Shown here in pieces: positions 1-17,800 of a stretch of DNA of 64,000 bases; the stretch's first letter is position 1, and each line of letters begins with the position of its first letter. The DNA lies in assembly GCA_030141605.1 (NCBI GenBank), contig JAQGDQ010000040.1:124001-188000 (forward strand), in the 5' to 3' direction. Made by a program: the position numbers and the translations under genes. The notes under the pieces were generated by a model. The model was not told where the DNA came from and ran no database searches. It saw only the letters and a list, made by a program, of their open reading frames with translations. Source of the stretch: Tubiluchus corallicola. Taxonomy: Eukaryota > Animalia > Priapulida.

Positions 1-76
1 TGTTGGTGCTTGTGCTATAGGTGTCGTCATCGTTGCCACCACCATCATCATCATCATCAACATCATGATCACCACG

Positions 77-865
77 TGAGGTGGTGTGCTTTGTGTGTTG
101 TGCTATGGATGGTGTGGTGGGGTGTGGGTAGTGTGGTATGGAGTGGGTGGCGTGGTGTGTGGGTGTTGTGGTGCAGTGGTGCGTGATGTGGTGGAGTATT
201 ATGGTGTGGTGTGTGGGTGGTGCGATGTTGTGTGGTGCAGTGGTATGGTGTGGTGTGGTGGAGTCGTATGGTGTGGTGTGTGGGTGGTGCGGTGTGCTGC
301 AGTGGTATGGTGTGGTGGAGTGGTATGGTGTGGGTGGTGTGGTGTTATGGTGTGGTGCTGTGCAGTGTGATGTGGTGGAGTATTATGGTGTGGGTGGTGT
401 GGTGTGGTGTGTGGGTGGTACAGTGGTATGGTGTGGTGGAGTGGTGCAGTGTGGTGTTATGGTGTGATCTGGTGGAGTGGTATGGTGTGGTGTGTGGGTG
501 GTACAGTGGTATGGTGTGGTGGAGTGGTGCAGTGTGGTGTTATGGTGTGATCTGGTGGAGTGGTATGGTGTGGTGTGTAGGTGGTATGGTGTGGTGTGGT
601 GGTATTGTGTGGTGCGATGAGGTGGAGTGGTATGGTGTGGTGTGTAGGTGGGTGGGTGGTGTGGTGCAGTGTGGTGTTATGGTGTGGTGTGATGTGGTGG
701 AGTATTATGGTGTGGTGTGGTGTGTGGGTGGTGCAGTGGTATGGTGTGGTGGAGTGGTATGGTGTGGTGTGTAGGTGGTATGGTGTGGTGGTAGTGTGGT
801 GCGATGAGGTGGAGTGGTATGGTGTGGTGCAGTGTGGTGTGATGAGGTGGAGTGGTGTGGGTTGT
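77..865. repeat. Degenerate (TGGTG/GTGTG)n low-complexity tandem repeat
   Basis: About 790 bp made almost entirely of GGTGT/GTGGT units, with recurring higher-order blocks (gtggtatggtgtggt, gagtattatggtgtg). It accounts for all the W/C/G/V-rich and H/T/P-rich ORFs here. Confidence 0.95.
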
Positions 866-1905
866 GTGTTGATTTGTGCACAAAATTCTTTTTGTGGGGT
901 TTGGCTAGTTATTATATTAATGTAACAAGACATAATGATTATTAGTGTAAAGAAATTAGGATTAATTCAAACTGAATTAGTCAATAATTTGATATGGTGA
1001 CTTACAAGCAAAACTGAAAAAGATAATAACGGTAATATTTATAATGGGAGAAGTTTAATTTTTGTAGAAGGTTAAATAAACATAACTAACTATTAAGGAA
1101 GTAGAAAATATTGAGGAGGTTAGAAAATAACTAATATTTGTAATGAGAAATACTTGGTTTACATATAGTAATTAATTTTATATATACATACACACACACA
1201 CACCCAATCAATGCCACACGCTCCCGCGCACACGCATGCACACACACACACACACGCATTATTTGATATCCATAAAATAAAATTTCAAAAATCCATAAAA
1301 TAAGCTATTTTATTTATTTTATACATATCCATAATCTTATGCACCCTGCACATATGGGTTTTCTTAAATCTGTGCTCGTGGATAAACAACAAAAAAAAAC
1401 CTGACTAACTTGACTCGGCAAGATTTATTGTGGGCAACAAAAATAATATTAAAAGCAGTGCTATTTTACATGTTCTTTCATTTGTAACACAAAATTACCA
1501 CAGCTCTATGATATAACACCTCTCTATAAGTAATCTTCTAAAGCATAATAATTTACACAAAACAGAATCACTTATACTGTAGTGAGTGAAATGAAGCAAT
1601 TTTGAATTTGTACCATACATACAAATTAATGAAAACTTTACTTTGTTTTCATCACAATGTTCTACGCTTCATAGATAATAAATATAACATACATAGAGTC
1701 TGCAAAGAAAGATTAGTTTTCTTATGAGTATGCATTTAATTAACATAATATTACAATATTTTTTGTAAAGGTTCTGTTTTATATAATGTATAAGGTTCTG
1801 TTTTATATAATGTATAAAATATCCAATGCTTAATTTATTAAAAACACTTTGTAACAGATTGTCATAATTACAATGACCTATAAATTTGTAGCACAATTAC
1901 AAATG

Positions 1906-6500
<4,595 letters not shown>

Positions 6501-6739
6501 TCACAAATTCCCACCAGAATCCAACATCTTATTCACGGTTCTACAATTTTTTCAATTCTGAAAAAAACATCATTAGTTAGACTATATTAGTAACCCAAGT
6601 TCATAAATCGCTAACATTGAACAATGAACAATTGCTCTTTCAGAATAAAATTAAATATATGTTTGTAAACGTGCAGCTAACATATTTTACATGGCAAACC
6701 AAACTTTTTCAATAAGTGTCCCCACCATATAGGCCTATG

Positions 6740-7150
6740 TAATACACCATTTGAAAAAAGTATGCCCATTTTTGCCATGGAAGTGCAGGCTTCTCTACTG
6801 TCACTCCTTTGAGAATTGGTCTTGCCTCTGATGGTGCCTGTGTAGATCAAGTCATTTTTAACCTGCTGTGTTCAGTATTCATTTGTTCAGCAGCTTTTTC
6901 CCTCATGCGGAGCACACAAAAAATGTCTGGCAAATTATTCAACATCAAATTTCTATTTTGCCCTCACCTAATGGAGTTACACACATCCATTTTTTTGATG
7001 AGAGGCAGACACAGCAATGGCAACACATTGATTTTGCCCTGCAGTACATACGCTAGTAATATTATAGCTACTATTCAAAAGTAATGAACCTACAATAATG
7101 ATTAAATGGGGTCCATGGCAACGGCGTATGACAGTGGCATTGCACACAAA
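6740..7150 (+). mobile_element. Heavily decayed Ty3/Gypsy pol fragment (RNase H- and integrase-like motifs)
   Basis: Short peptides PLRIGLASDGA (cf. PLxLACDAS) and QWQHIDFA (cf. PWxRIHIDFAG) in pol order, but with large deletions. Confidence 0.35.
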
Positions 7151-7499
7151 ATACCAGTACATTGCTTACAATTTATTTAACTGTATAATTCAAGCCGTAC
7201 CAATTTCACACAGATCAGACTATGGTTGATGTATTGTTATTGATAAATAGCATTTCATGACAAGAGCATTACTAATTAGCCTCCACCCAGAAAAATATTC
7301 TTAATAAAATGATTCAGTTTCTTTTAACTTGGCCTTACAAAGTGGGCATTGTGAAGCTCTATCAAATTGGCAAATTAATGAGCTGACGATGACGTGCTAA
7401 ATTCCTCCACTTAGTGTACTAAACTTCCTCTGTGGAGAAACTGTGCTGCTTCCATTATGCATTTATTATAAGCTTAATGAGCCAAACATGTGAATTTCA

Positions 7500-9400
7500 G
7501 ACCTGCCAGTTATATGGCTGGGTAGTGACATATTCTTTTTTGATGTCTCTTTTTACATCTCTCCACAGTTATCTCGACATGCAATTTTAGGCTGTGACTT
7601 TTTACAGGCTTCAACTGCATTCTTGCATGTTAGTAAACAAATTCTTACGCTTGCAGATGGTTCCGCTGTTAAAGTTTGGCTCAGACAATCAAATGAAGCG
7701 TGAACTTTTCTTATATGCGTGAACCACAACTGTCAAATTCCAACTAACAAAGTTACTGCATGCCCTGGTGTTCTGAAAGGAAAGAATCCGCCACAACGAA
7801 GCAACTCCTTAAAAACTCAATAAAAGATGGAGATGGAATACCATTTTATAAACGACATAAAACCTGTTCTCAAGCAGCTAGTGTTGTTGAACTGAAGGTC
7901 AAACAGAATATACACGTACCAATTTTGAACACTGGTTCCGACCCTATAACAATTAAGAAGGGGAAGGTTTTGGCTGTAGTTCAAATAGCAGACCAGGAAG
8001 TGTTTCAAGCTAATGATGTTGAGCATGTGCAGAAACGTTTATCTCAGTTTGCAGTATAAATGATTTTAATTTCAACAGGTGTTATTCAGTAGAGTCGAAA
8101 CCTAGGCAAGGCTTTACACGACAATTATATTTGAAAGATCTGGGACAGTTATCAAAATTTTCAGAGCCGAAAGATAGACATGTGACATCTACTACTCTCA
8201 CTGAGGTTAGATTATATAAACAACCTGACACAGTTTATAATTTGCAAGAAAAACAAAGGCATAGTTTCAGCAATGGCACTAGTGGTACAAACAAGATCAA
8301 AATCTCATGAGCGCAGCATAGGTTTTTAGAAAAACAAAATATGCAGAAGCAACGTACTCCTAATACTGAGAATATTCTCAAAGTTATGGATTTTTCTCAT
8401 ATTAAAGAACCCAATTGGCTGTCAGGAGCTGAAAGATTAATTACTTGAAACGATGATTGCTTTGCAGAAGATACACAGCAGTTAGGTTGCACAACTGCTG
8501 CTGAGTTGTCTGTAGAGTTGACCGATTGAATACCTATTAAGTGTCGGCCATATCGGGCACCTAACCATACGCTACCTATCATTGAAAAATAGACAAAAAC
8601 TATTTTAGAAGCAGACATTATAGGGCCAAGCATCTCTGATTATGCGTTTCTGATTATTATTGTGAAAAAGAAAACTGGGGATTATCATATGTGCATCGAT
8701 TACATAGATATAGACGTAGACATTTTATTTATCTCCTCATTTACACCAGGATACAAGTAGACTATTATTGCTATAGTTATTAATTAAGTTAGGGGGGTAC
8801 AGGAGAAAGGGTAGCAAAAGACCAATTGGTCATCAAGTCAGCTACCCTTTTCAGGTTAGTGTAACTTGTAAAAAATTTGTAGTGCTGCTAATTGAAACAT
8901 GTGATACAATTATGAAGTAGGTTAAAATCAACTGCTAACATAAATTTATAGGAGAAGAAATCAAACTTGAGACCAAAATAACTAAATAGGCTATGCAACA
9001 AAGAAGCATTAAAATAAAATGAAAAATATGAAATGATGATTAACAAAATACGTAAAGCATTTAACTAACCGATTAAAACATAAGACTAGAAAATTACAGA
9101 CTATTGAATGCTAAAACAACAGAGAAAATATGGTTTCTTCCCAGGGTGGATCACTTGTTAGCTGCATTAGGAGGTTGTAAGTTATATATATGCTATTAGA
9201 CTTGAAACAAGCTTACCATTAAATTCCTGTAGTGCCAGTATCGCAACATTTGACTACTTTTACTAGTCATTTGGGGAACTATTGTTACACCTGCATGCCT
9301 TTTAGTGTCAAGAATGCACCTAGCGAATTTAAACACATGGTAGATGCTGTGGCTCCAAAACTGAAAGAACCTGATGGTAGACAAATTTTCTATCCTTACA
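7500..9400 (+). mobile_element. Decayed Ty3/Gypsy LTR retrotransposon fragment (protease end to RT start)
   Basis: Broken reading frames give AILGCDFL (~7580), PIKCRPYRAP (~8535), IIGPSISDYAFLIIIVKKKTGDYHMCIDY (8620-8704), then after an insertion YRLLNAKT..LPRVDHLLAALGG and YTCMPFSVKNAPSEF. Multiple stops and frameshifts. Confidence 0.85.
8705..9092 (-). mobile_element. Retroposon 3' end (L2-group-like) inserted into Gypsy RT
   Basis: Splits the RT motif CIDY|RLLN and is flanked by duplicated attaca (8699-8704, 9093-9098). Minus strand ends in AATAAA plus a (GTCTAY)-type tail and carries a hairpin gaaagggtagc...gctacccttttc. Confidence 0.65.
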
Positions 9401-10149
9401 CTTAGAATGAAGAGGCAGTAATCGGAGAGTACTCTGCAGTCTAAATACTGGATTTAGCTGGGATAAATAATAACCACAAAGCAGTCAAAGCGCGAATGTG
9501 GCAGATCAATTTGTCCCATGAAACACTGCAAACTATATTATGGCAAAAAATGAAACAATTACCATACAATAATTGTCATAATACTTAATAGTAATACTAA
9601 GTAATACTAATAGTAATATTATTAATACTAATAGTAATACAGGTAAATAAATCACTGATCACTCTAAGTCGATTCTGAATTCCGTGAACAGAATCTCAAA
9701 AAAGAAACATCAACCAACAATCTGGGTGGTAAGCGTGAAATTCCTTATTTTTAGCAGTAAAAGACAATTAAGCCGAACCTCTTTATTTTACCGGTGCAAC
9801 TGATGCCAATCGGTAAAAAGAAACCGTGCTGAAGCTTGGAGTTTATGTTATGAACACGAATAATTGCGACAATATAAAATAGTACAAAAGCTAGCGAAAC
9901 AGACAGACAAACAAAACGCTAACACGCACAGATACCACAAATTATCTTATCAATAATTTTCGAATTTTAGTTTAACTATGTTGCCACGTTTATGACGCCA
10001 TAGCACCTAGCAGTAGAGAAAATCAAATTTCTGGATGTAAAATAGAATTATTCATTTCAAATCTGTTTTATTTAAAATAATTTTAAACTCCCACACTGAT
10101 GAGCACGCTATCTATTGAGTCCTTGGCTCACACGATAGTAAACGTTTAA

Positions 10150-11030
10150 GGCAAACGAGCCATGTAATTTACCTTACAGAGCTCTGGGGTAGTTCTACCT
10201 TGCAGTTCTTGGTGTAGGTGCGGTAGCATGCTCCATTTCCAAGCACACCAGGTAGCGTTAAAATAGGAGATTACTTGTGCAGAGGTGTTTGTCAAGGTTA
10301 TTCTTGAAACAAGTCACATTTGCAGCACTAACTATATGTTCCAGTAATGAGTTCCAGAGATGAATTTCAGAATTGGAAAAACTAAGTCGGTATCTGTCAG
10401 TGTTGGCTCTTTTCTGATAGAGCTTGTAACTGTGTCCACTGGTGCTACTAGTACTTGTAATGAAGAATTCGTCCGGGTTGACATCAGTAAATCAATGGAA
10501 GATTTTGTACATTTCTATGAGTCTGCCTTTACGCCTTCACGCATAGAATCTGTACAGTTGCAGGCATCTTAGTTTCTGATCGTAATTTAAGCTGTTGAGT
10601 CGTTCAACCATGTTGACTGCATGCTCTTATACTCTTTATAGTAGGTTCATATCTTTGATAAAGTGTGATTTCATACTTGCTAAGATATTCCAGGTGTGGT
10701 CGTACCAATGTCTTGTAAAGTGGAAGTATAACTTTTGCATTATAGGACGTAATGGTTTTAGCTATCAGACCAAGGTTTTGGTTTCCTTTTTAAGCTTTGC
10801 TCCTACGGAAATTCAGCGTGTTATCGTTTAATAGGCCTAAGTCAGTCTCCTCATCTACATTTGGTAAAAGATCATTGTTGACTGCATACTGAACCAATCC
10901 GTTGTTTCGACAATATGAAGAGTTTTGCACTTGGAATTTTGAGTATTAAACTCCATTTGCCAAGTGTGTGACCATTGAGAGATATTAGGCCTTGTTGAAG
11001 TTGTTGAATCTGAAGTTTGTAAGGTACAGA
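10150..11030 (-). mobile_element. CR1-clade LINE, 5'-truncated and degenerate
   Basis: Minus-strand translation: NQNLGLIAKT..VILPLYKTLVRPHLEY..RRKGRLIEMYKI..TSGHSYKLY..FSNSEIHLWNSLLEHIVSAANVTCFKNNLDKH, the typical CR1 ORF2 C-terminus, followed by a short 3' UTR. Confidence 0.85.
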
Positions 11031-11039
11031 ATGTGCCAG

Positions 11040-13997
11040 TTTTGTGACCTGAGAATCTGTCTCGACCAACAAGAACTGAACAAAGCTCTGAGATGTGAAT
11101 ATTATATACTGCCAGTTCTAAAAGACATCATGCATGAAATGGGCAAAGTACATTTCTTCACAAAAGTGGATCTATTGTTGGCATTTTGGGACTTGGACTT
11201 GATGAAGAGTTGCGTGAGCTGACTAATTTCTGCTTTATTTCAAATGAAACTGATGTGGGCACTTGATGGCCTTCCTGGTCAAGTCGCATGATGCCAACTT
11301 GGATAAATTCCTCCAGAGATGCGGAGAAAAAGGGATCAAGCTGAACAAAGTTAAACTGCAATACAAGACTGACAAAGTTACATTCCTGGGCATGTATCTT
11401 CTAAAGACGGTGTCCAGCCACACCCTGAAAAAATTAGAGTAGTTCAAGAAATGAAATCGCCATATTCGTTGCTTCCTTGGGATGATTACTTACTTGGGAA
11501 AATTTGTCTCAAATCTTGCTGATTTAACAGCACCACTAAGGAACTTACTAAAAGCTAGTGTACCGTGGACTTGGGCGGAACACTATGCTGACATATGCCC
11601 CAATACTATGTCTGTATGATCCTAATAAAGGACTTACCTTGGAAAATGATGCAGGTGAGTATGGTTTAGGCAGTGTACTTCTTCAGGATGGCAAGCCCAT
11701 AGCGTTTGCCAGTCATTGTCTCAAACACTGAAACAAGATGTGCCCAGATCGCAAAGGAACTTCTTGCAGTAGCCTTTGGCCTGGAAAAGTTTCATTACTA
11801 TACTTATGGTAGACAAGTAAAAATAATAACATATCACTTACCTTTGGTGTCCATCTCATCTAAACCTTTATCGAGAGCTCCACGGAGATTTCAAGCTCTA
11901 CTACTGCGAACACAGAAATATGACTTTGAACTAGTGCACAAGTCAGGCAAGTCGATTCCTATTGCAGATGCTCTCTGTCTCGGGCACCACTGCCAGACAA
12001 GACAGAAACTGAACTGGTCTCAGTCAATAACACAACTTTCTTGCCTTTGAAAGATGATTTTTTGCAAGAAAGAAGAGCTGCTATAGAGGACAAGACGCTG
12101 GCACATCTAAAACAAACCATCATGAAAGGTTGGCCAGAGCACAAAGCCCAACTTAATATGGCTTTAATACCCTACTTTAATTACAGGGACGAACTAACAA
12201 TGCAGGACGGTACTGTACTCCGTGCAAATACAGCCGTAATACCTACCAATATCAAGAAGGTCCATGCGGGACACATGGGATATTAATTCTTGCATACGTC
12301 GAGCAAAACAACTCATTTACTGGCCATGCATGACTAGCGACATACATATATAATGCACAAAAGGGAAGTAAAGATGACATAAAAGTAGGAAAGGCTGTTT
12401 GGCAACATACAAATGTCTTATTTTAAGTACGCGAAGGAAAAATATTGAGTCAATTAAGCGAAGTTATTTGAGTCAATTACCGATAGTTTTTATGTACATA
12501 TGAATAGAAGGGGTTCCCGTTCCAGGCGTTTTTGCGTCGATTACGGCTACTACTGTACGTCAATTCGTTGAATCATGTGATGTGTGTGCAACTTTTTCTG
12601 ATAGACAAAGTCCAGAAACCTTACAAATGTACAATGACCCTCTACAACCTTAGGAAAAGATTGGCTTGGATGTTTTCACTTTTAATGATAGCACCTATTC
12701 GCTCACAGTGGATTACTTCTGTTCCTCCTTCGAAATTGATTATCTACCTGAAGCCACACCAGAAGCAGTGATTGGCAAGTTTAAACAACACTGTGCACGT
12801 TATGGCTGCCCAAATATTATGATAACGAACGGAGGTCCACAATATACCTCAGAAAAGTTCAGTAAAAATTGGGGATTTCATCATGAAGTTACTAATCCAG
12901 GTAACAGTAAGGCAAATGGAGTGGCCGAAGCTACTGTGAAGATAGTCAAAACAATGATGAAGAAATGCAAAGTAGCAAATGAAGACCCATACATTGGATT
13001 GCTGAATATCAAGAACACACAAACATAGGGTTTCCAAACAAGTCCAGCACAAAGACTATTCGGATGCAACACAAAAACACTACTGCCACCTACGCTAGAC
13101 AAACTTATTTTGCCGAATACACACGAAAATGACAAACAGATCATGGAAAGCTGAAGAGCTGCCGTAGCAGATGCAAGAGATATTCACAGAAGAAACCTCA
13201 GCGGCTTCAGTATGGCGATAATGTATGAATGCAACACATCTAGAAGGGGGACAAGGAATGGAACCAAACAGCTGACCAATAGAATCTATGAGGTACAGAG
13301 GCCAGATGGAAGAACCTACATGTACAATAGGCAACTGTTTCATAAGTCTAATGCAACTGATGACATCTCTAAAGAAGTTATAAATACTTCTCCTGCAAAG
13401 CATAACAACAAGAACAACAACAGTGTTACTTCAAAGCAAATTGAAAATAATGCTGAGGTAGTGCCAAAAGAAGCTACTGATAAAACTTACCTTACTCGGT
13501 CTGAGAGATTTGTGAAGCCGACCAAAACTGATTCCGCATTAATCTCATTGTTGTATGTACTGATGGGTAATTGTGCATTGTATGCTGTGTTCTTTTCTCT
13601 TTAACTTTTGTTAAATGTAATCAGTCAACTATAACTTGAATTGTGTACTTACCTGTTTACATGAACCAAATGTGCTTATTTAAAATTATAATTGTTTAAT
13701 AGTTAAATGTTAACCAACTTCCATATGTTGGACAGACGTACTTGCTTTAAAGCGAAATAATGTAAACTCGTGTATTCTCTTCAAGCGCCTATGGGGTCTA
13801 AGAATTCTTGCTTGAATATTAAGTGGTAACTGAGCATGCATAGTAGGTGCAACAATGATCAAGCTATCAGTACGCATGTGCGTCTCTCTTTTGTTCCACA
13901 ACAAACTTCAATAAAGACCCTTGTATTATGGACTCCTCTATTCCTGTTTATTTATGTGGTTATAGAGCACTTACATCTTCCTGCTACACACATAACA
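11040..13997 (+). mobile_element. Decayed Ty3/Gypsy retrotransposon pol (RT, RNase H, integrase) with probable 3' LTR
   Basis: DLRICLD..LNKAL..FFTKVDL (RT); ENDAGEYGLGSVLLQDGKPIAF and AQIAKELLAVAFGLEKFHYYTYGR (RNase H); HAGHMG..RAKQLIYWP..SCDVC (HHCC); VDYF..RYGCPNIMITNGGPQY..NSKANGVAE (integrase core). A TG...CA segment with AATAAA at ~13688-13997 is a tentative LTR. A ~210-bp insertion (~12345-12557) interrupts the HHCC region. Confidence 0.9.
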
Positions 13998-14830
13998 TAT
14001 ACTGAAAGTCAGATTTATACTATTTACCAGAATTAATAGAATTCTGCAACATAATACAGCATTCAAGTTTCAACAGCATGATCTCCTCAAATTGGATGAT
14101 TTATGGCGAGACCGAAACCTCATCCATTATCAAACCTCCAAGATCAACCATTGAATTAGCAAAGATACCGCACTCAGACGTGTATATATTTATGAGGTAA
14201 ACAGCCTAAATCAGCACAAAGCACTAAATTGCCTAAAGTACAAGTGGAAGCGGTTCCCCCATCTATTAAGTGACCAGCCTTGGCGCCATTCTTAACTTCG
14301 GATGTCAAGCACAATGCTGCAATGACTCAGAAGGATAGCTTACCTAAGTGAACAACAAATAAAAAACATGTTTTTATAATTCTGATAATAGTTTATTCAG
14401 CAAGTAGCAAATTTGCAAAGCAACTATTACTAATAATTATTACAATTTATTTAGCTAAATATCACAGCTGTCATTACTTTTTGTGATAGCTGACAAATGT
14501 ATCCGAAGTGGCTAAACCAGCAGACCTCACAGCTTGGAAATGAAAAACAATCAATATTCTGAAACAGTGAAGCTAAAGCCAGCTCCTCTGATGTTCACAT
14601 ACAGTGCAGCCTAAATATCTAACAGAAAACGTTAAAATTACTACACAAAATCGATTTCGCAAAAAATGTAGCAATACAAGCCCCCTTTCTAGCTTATCCA
14701 GCATGACCTACATAAGTACACTCAATGATAATTCAATTAATAACTAATTTTTGTAATAACGACTTCTTCGGTCAACTAGCTTAATGAAGGAAATAAAATA
14801 GCACCACTGCAATAATTTTACAGGTGTCAT

Positions 14831-17800
14831 TCACATTTCACCTTCACGAACTTTTGAAACCGTTTTAGAACCAACCAATTTCAGCATTCTGAAACACAAA
14901 AATGACGATACAGTATTGTATAACAAGTGGCAATCAAATGACAAAGGTGACTATTTTAGAAAACTACAGTTTTGTTAAGAAAATAGTTAATTAGTTTACA
15001 CATGTAAAACATTTTGTGCGCTGTATGTTTTAGCTTCTACAGAAAAACAATTCTTTGCAGATTGTATCATCTAAATCATATAATCGTCAACTTGAGGCAC
15101 AATGAAGATATTGATGAACTTGGCTTATAGACTATAGACCACAGCTAGCTTCTCTCACCTTCCAAAGTGGTTCGTTTTAAATATTTGGATTTATTAAATC
15201 AGCCAATCACCCAGGGGTGTGCTTGCATACTAAAAACTTCTTCATGCTTCCCAAAAATGTTTTAATGCAAAAATAACCACAAAGACACTTTTGATTTTTT
15301 TGCTTTTATAAATCAGCTATGAGTTGCAGTATACCGTATTTACCACTGTCAAATGAGTTCTGGTATTTTGTGATTGTATTCATTACTGAGTTCAACAATT
15401 TAGTCATTACAAGGAGTTCCTACACAGTTCTTTCATGTAAATTACTCTATCATGCCCACTTGCTATTCAGTTTAAAATTCAGGTGACACAGGACTCAATT
15501 ATAAACTATGGTGTAAAATGATCTAACATAAAGAATATTGAGAGGGAAAATAGAATTTTTTAAAAATTATTTAGGTGAAGCAATTATTTCCACGAAAGCC
15601 TAATTTTATGTTCGCATGGTTACGGCGCAGAGAGTTTTCTCTCGATAATTCTCTCGCAGAGTAAACTCGCAAGTGTGAACAGCTTTGCGAATTCTCTCAT
15701 GAGTTTCTTGCAGACAAGCTCTATTCATTACAAGAAATCTCAGAGAGAACTCTCGAGAGAACACTCTCTAGTCTGAATGCACCGTTAATTTTTGCTGTTG
15801 CACACGTTTTGCAATTCCTTGATTAGGTGGGCAACAACACCATATATCACAAGCAAGTTGCAATAAAAAATAGGAGTTGTATCTGATTATAAAAACACAG
15901 CTGCAATGCTAAAAACAGTCTTGTAAGCACAGACGCAAACTTGAAATTTGAATTTTAAACCTTAAAAAACTTGCTGAGTTCTTGTGCACCCATGTCAACG
16001 TTATACAGCAGTGCAGTATTTTATTTTTGCTTTCCCAATATGTATAACACATTCATGGCATTTTCTGCTGTTAGAAAATTTATATTTAGTTGTGAGATCA
16101 TTACTAGTTGTGCTTTCTGGCCGTTATTTAAGTTTCTAATTACTACTTAATTGTCAGAAATATTTTGGCATTATGATAGGTGAAAAACTCGAACATTTTT
16201 TATCATATTTCAAAATGTGATATGATTTGAAAAATTGTCCCGTTTCCAGTAAATCAGGTAAAACCATATTCTGCATGCACAAATAAAAATAATTTATAAT
16301 TTACCTAGTTACTAGCCATGGCACATACTGATTGAAGTACACGGCAAAAAGCACTGGTTGTAGTGATACCCAAGCCTCGCTCAGACGATTGGCAATAGCA
16401 ATGGCTGAAAGATGTGCACACCTTTCTGCAGTCATTCTGCGCTCTTTTGGATTCATGTCTTTACCAAGCTGTAATAATAATAATAATAATGATGGTGATG
16501 ATGGTGGTGATGATGATGATGATAATAATGTATTTATTTATAAAGCTCTCTTTCAATAAAACAAAAAATTTTCAAAGGCACTGTACAATTAAAAATATTT
16601 AGAAAACTATAATATAATTAGACATATTTATAAACCATAAAAATATGCAAAACATACAGCACTTATACATTAAAATACTCCTTAAAAAGATGAGTTTTCA
16701 GTTTTCTTTTATAGGAATTTAAATTTGAGCATTTTCTAATTTTCAATTCCTAGTTCATTCCAACACTTCCGTGCAATGCTTGAAAACCCTAAATCAGCAA
16801 AGACTCCTTTTATTAAAAGGTACATCAAGTTCTAATTTATTAATTAATTATGATTGTGATAATTATTGAAATCGTCAGTTGCCAACTAATTTGGGAAAGT
16901 ATTGATACCAAAAGTGCTATGTCATTTGCTTTGCTAACTCGTGTGTTCCTGTTACCTTTAACAAATAAACAGAAACGTAGGCCTATGAGCTGCATTGTAA
17001 GAAAAAGTAAATATACCTTATTTAAATAAACCCTCTTCTCCAGGACATTTTTATAGAGTCTAACCCTCTGCTAACTGGACTTCAGGATCAGCAGAGCTGA
17101 CTCAGCTGAAGTGCATACATCATCCCTCAACAAGGTAAATCTCTGCGGACAGTAAGTCCAGAACAGGCACTGGCAGTCACTAACCAGGTCATTTACTGAC
17201 CAGGTCTGGTTGCACTTTAGTCACTACGTAGACTGATGTGGCCATATGATTTTTGACTGGACAATGTCGAAAATACAAATGATAACAATGACTTTTGGTC
17301 AAGAATAGAAACATAGTTTTTCAAATACACATGAAAGTATAAAAAATGTGTAAATGAGATACGCATCCAATTTATAAATAAACTGCAATCAATTAATTTT
17401 TAAATGTACCCGTGTTACTTGATCTGTGTAAGCTGCTTGGAGGATGTTAGAGAACACCGGACCGGGACAAATCATTGTAACGTCAACAGACCAATCTGGC
17501 TTCTCCGCTATAAAGGAACTAAGATAACCTTGTAATGCATGCTTAGTTCCTGTGTATGTTCCAGAAAATGGGGCACCTGAAAAACATGATTCAGACTTAA
17601 CACTAAGATTATTAACACAACAGTTAAATAACCATATTTGAATCGTACAGTAAAACAGAATGGTAGCAACAAAAAAACTTACAAACATTCTATATTGCAC
17701 AATGATTGTTACACTCATACCTACTTTACCAGCCACACTACTCATACACACTAAGTGTCCAGTCTTCTGCTTCCTCATCTGTGGGATGACGGTTCGTGTC

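Noticed and set aside
86-933. Overlapping W/C/G/V-rich and H/T/P-rich ORFs
   Set aside because: Translations of the TGGTG low-complexity repeat; open in many frames with no domain or splice structure.
10096-10145. CTGATGAG followed by a hairpin (hammerhead-like)
   Set aside because: The required GAAA box is absent (GTAAAC) and stems I and III are not evident.
17040-17245. Possible tRNA gene or tRNA-headed SINE in DHRS7 intron 5
   Set aside because: Only vague A/B-box resemblance on the minus strand; no cloverleaf, tail or TSD could be defined.
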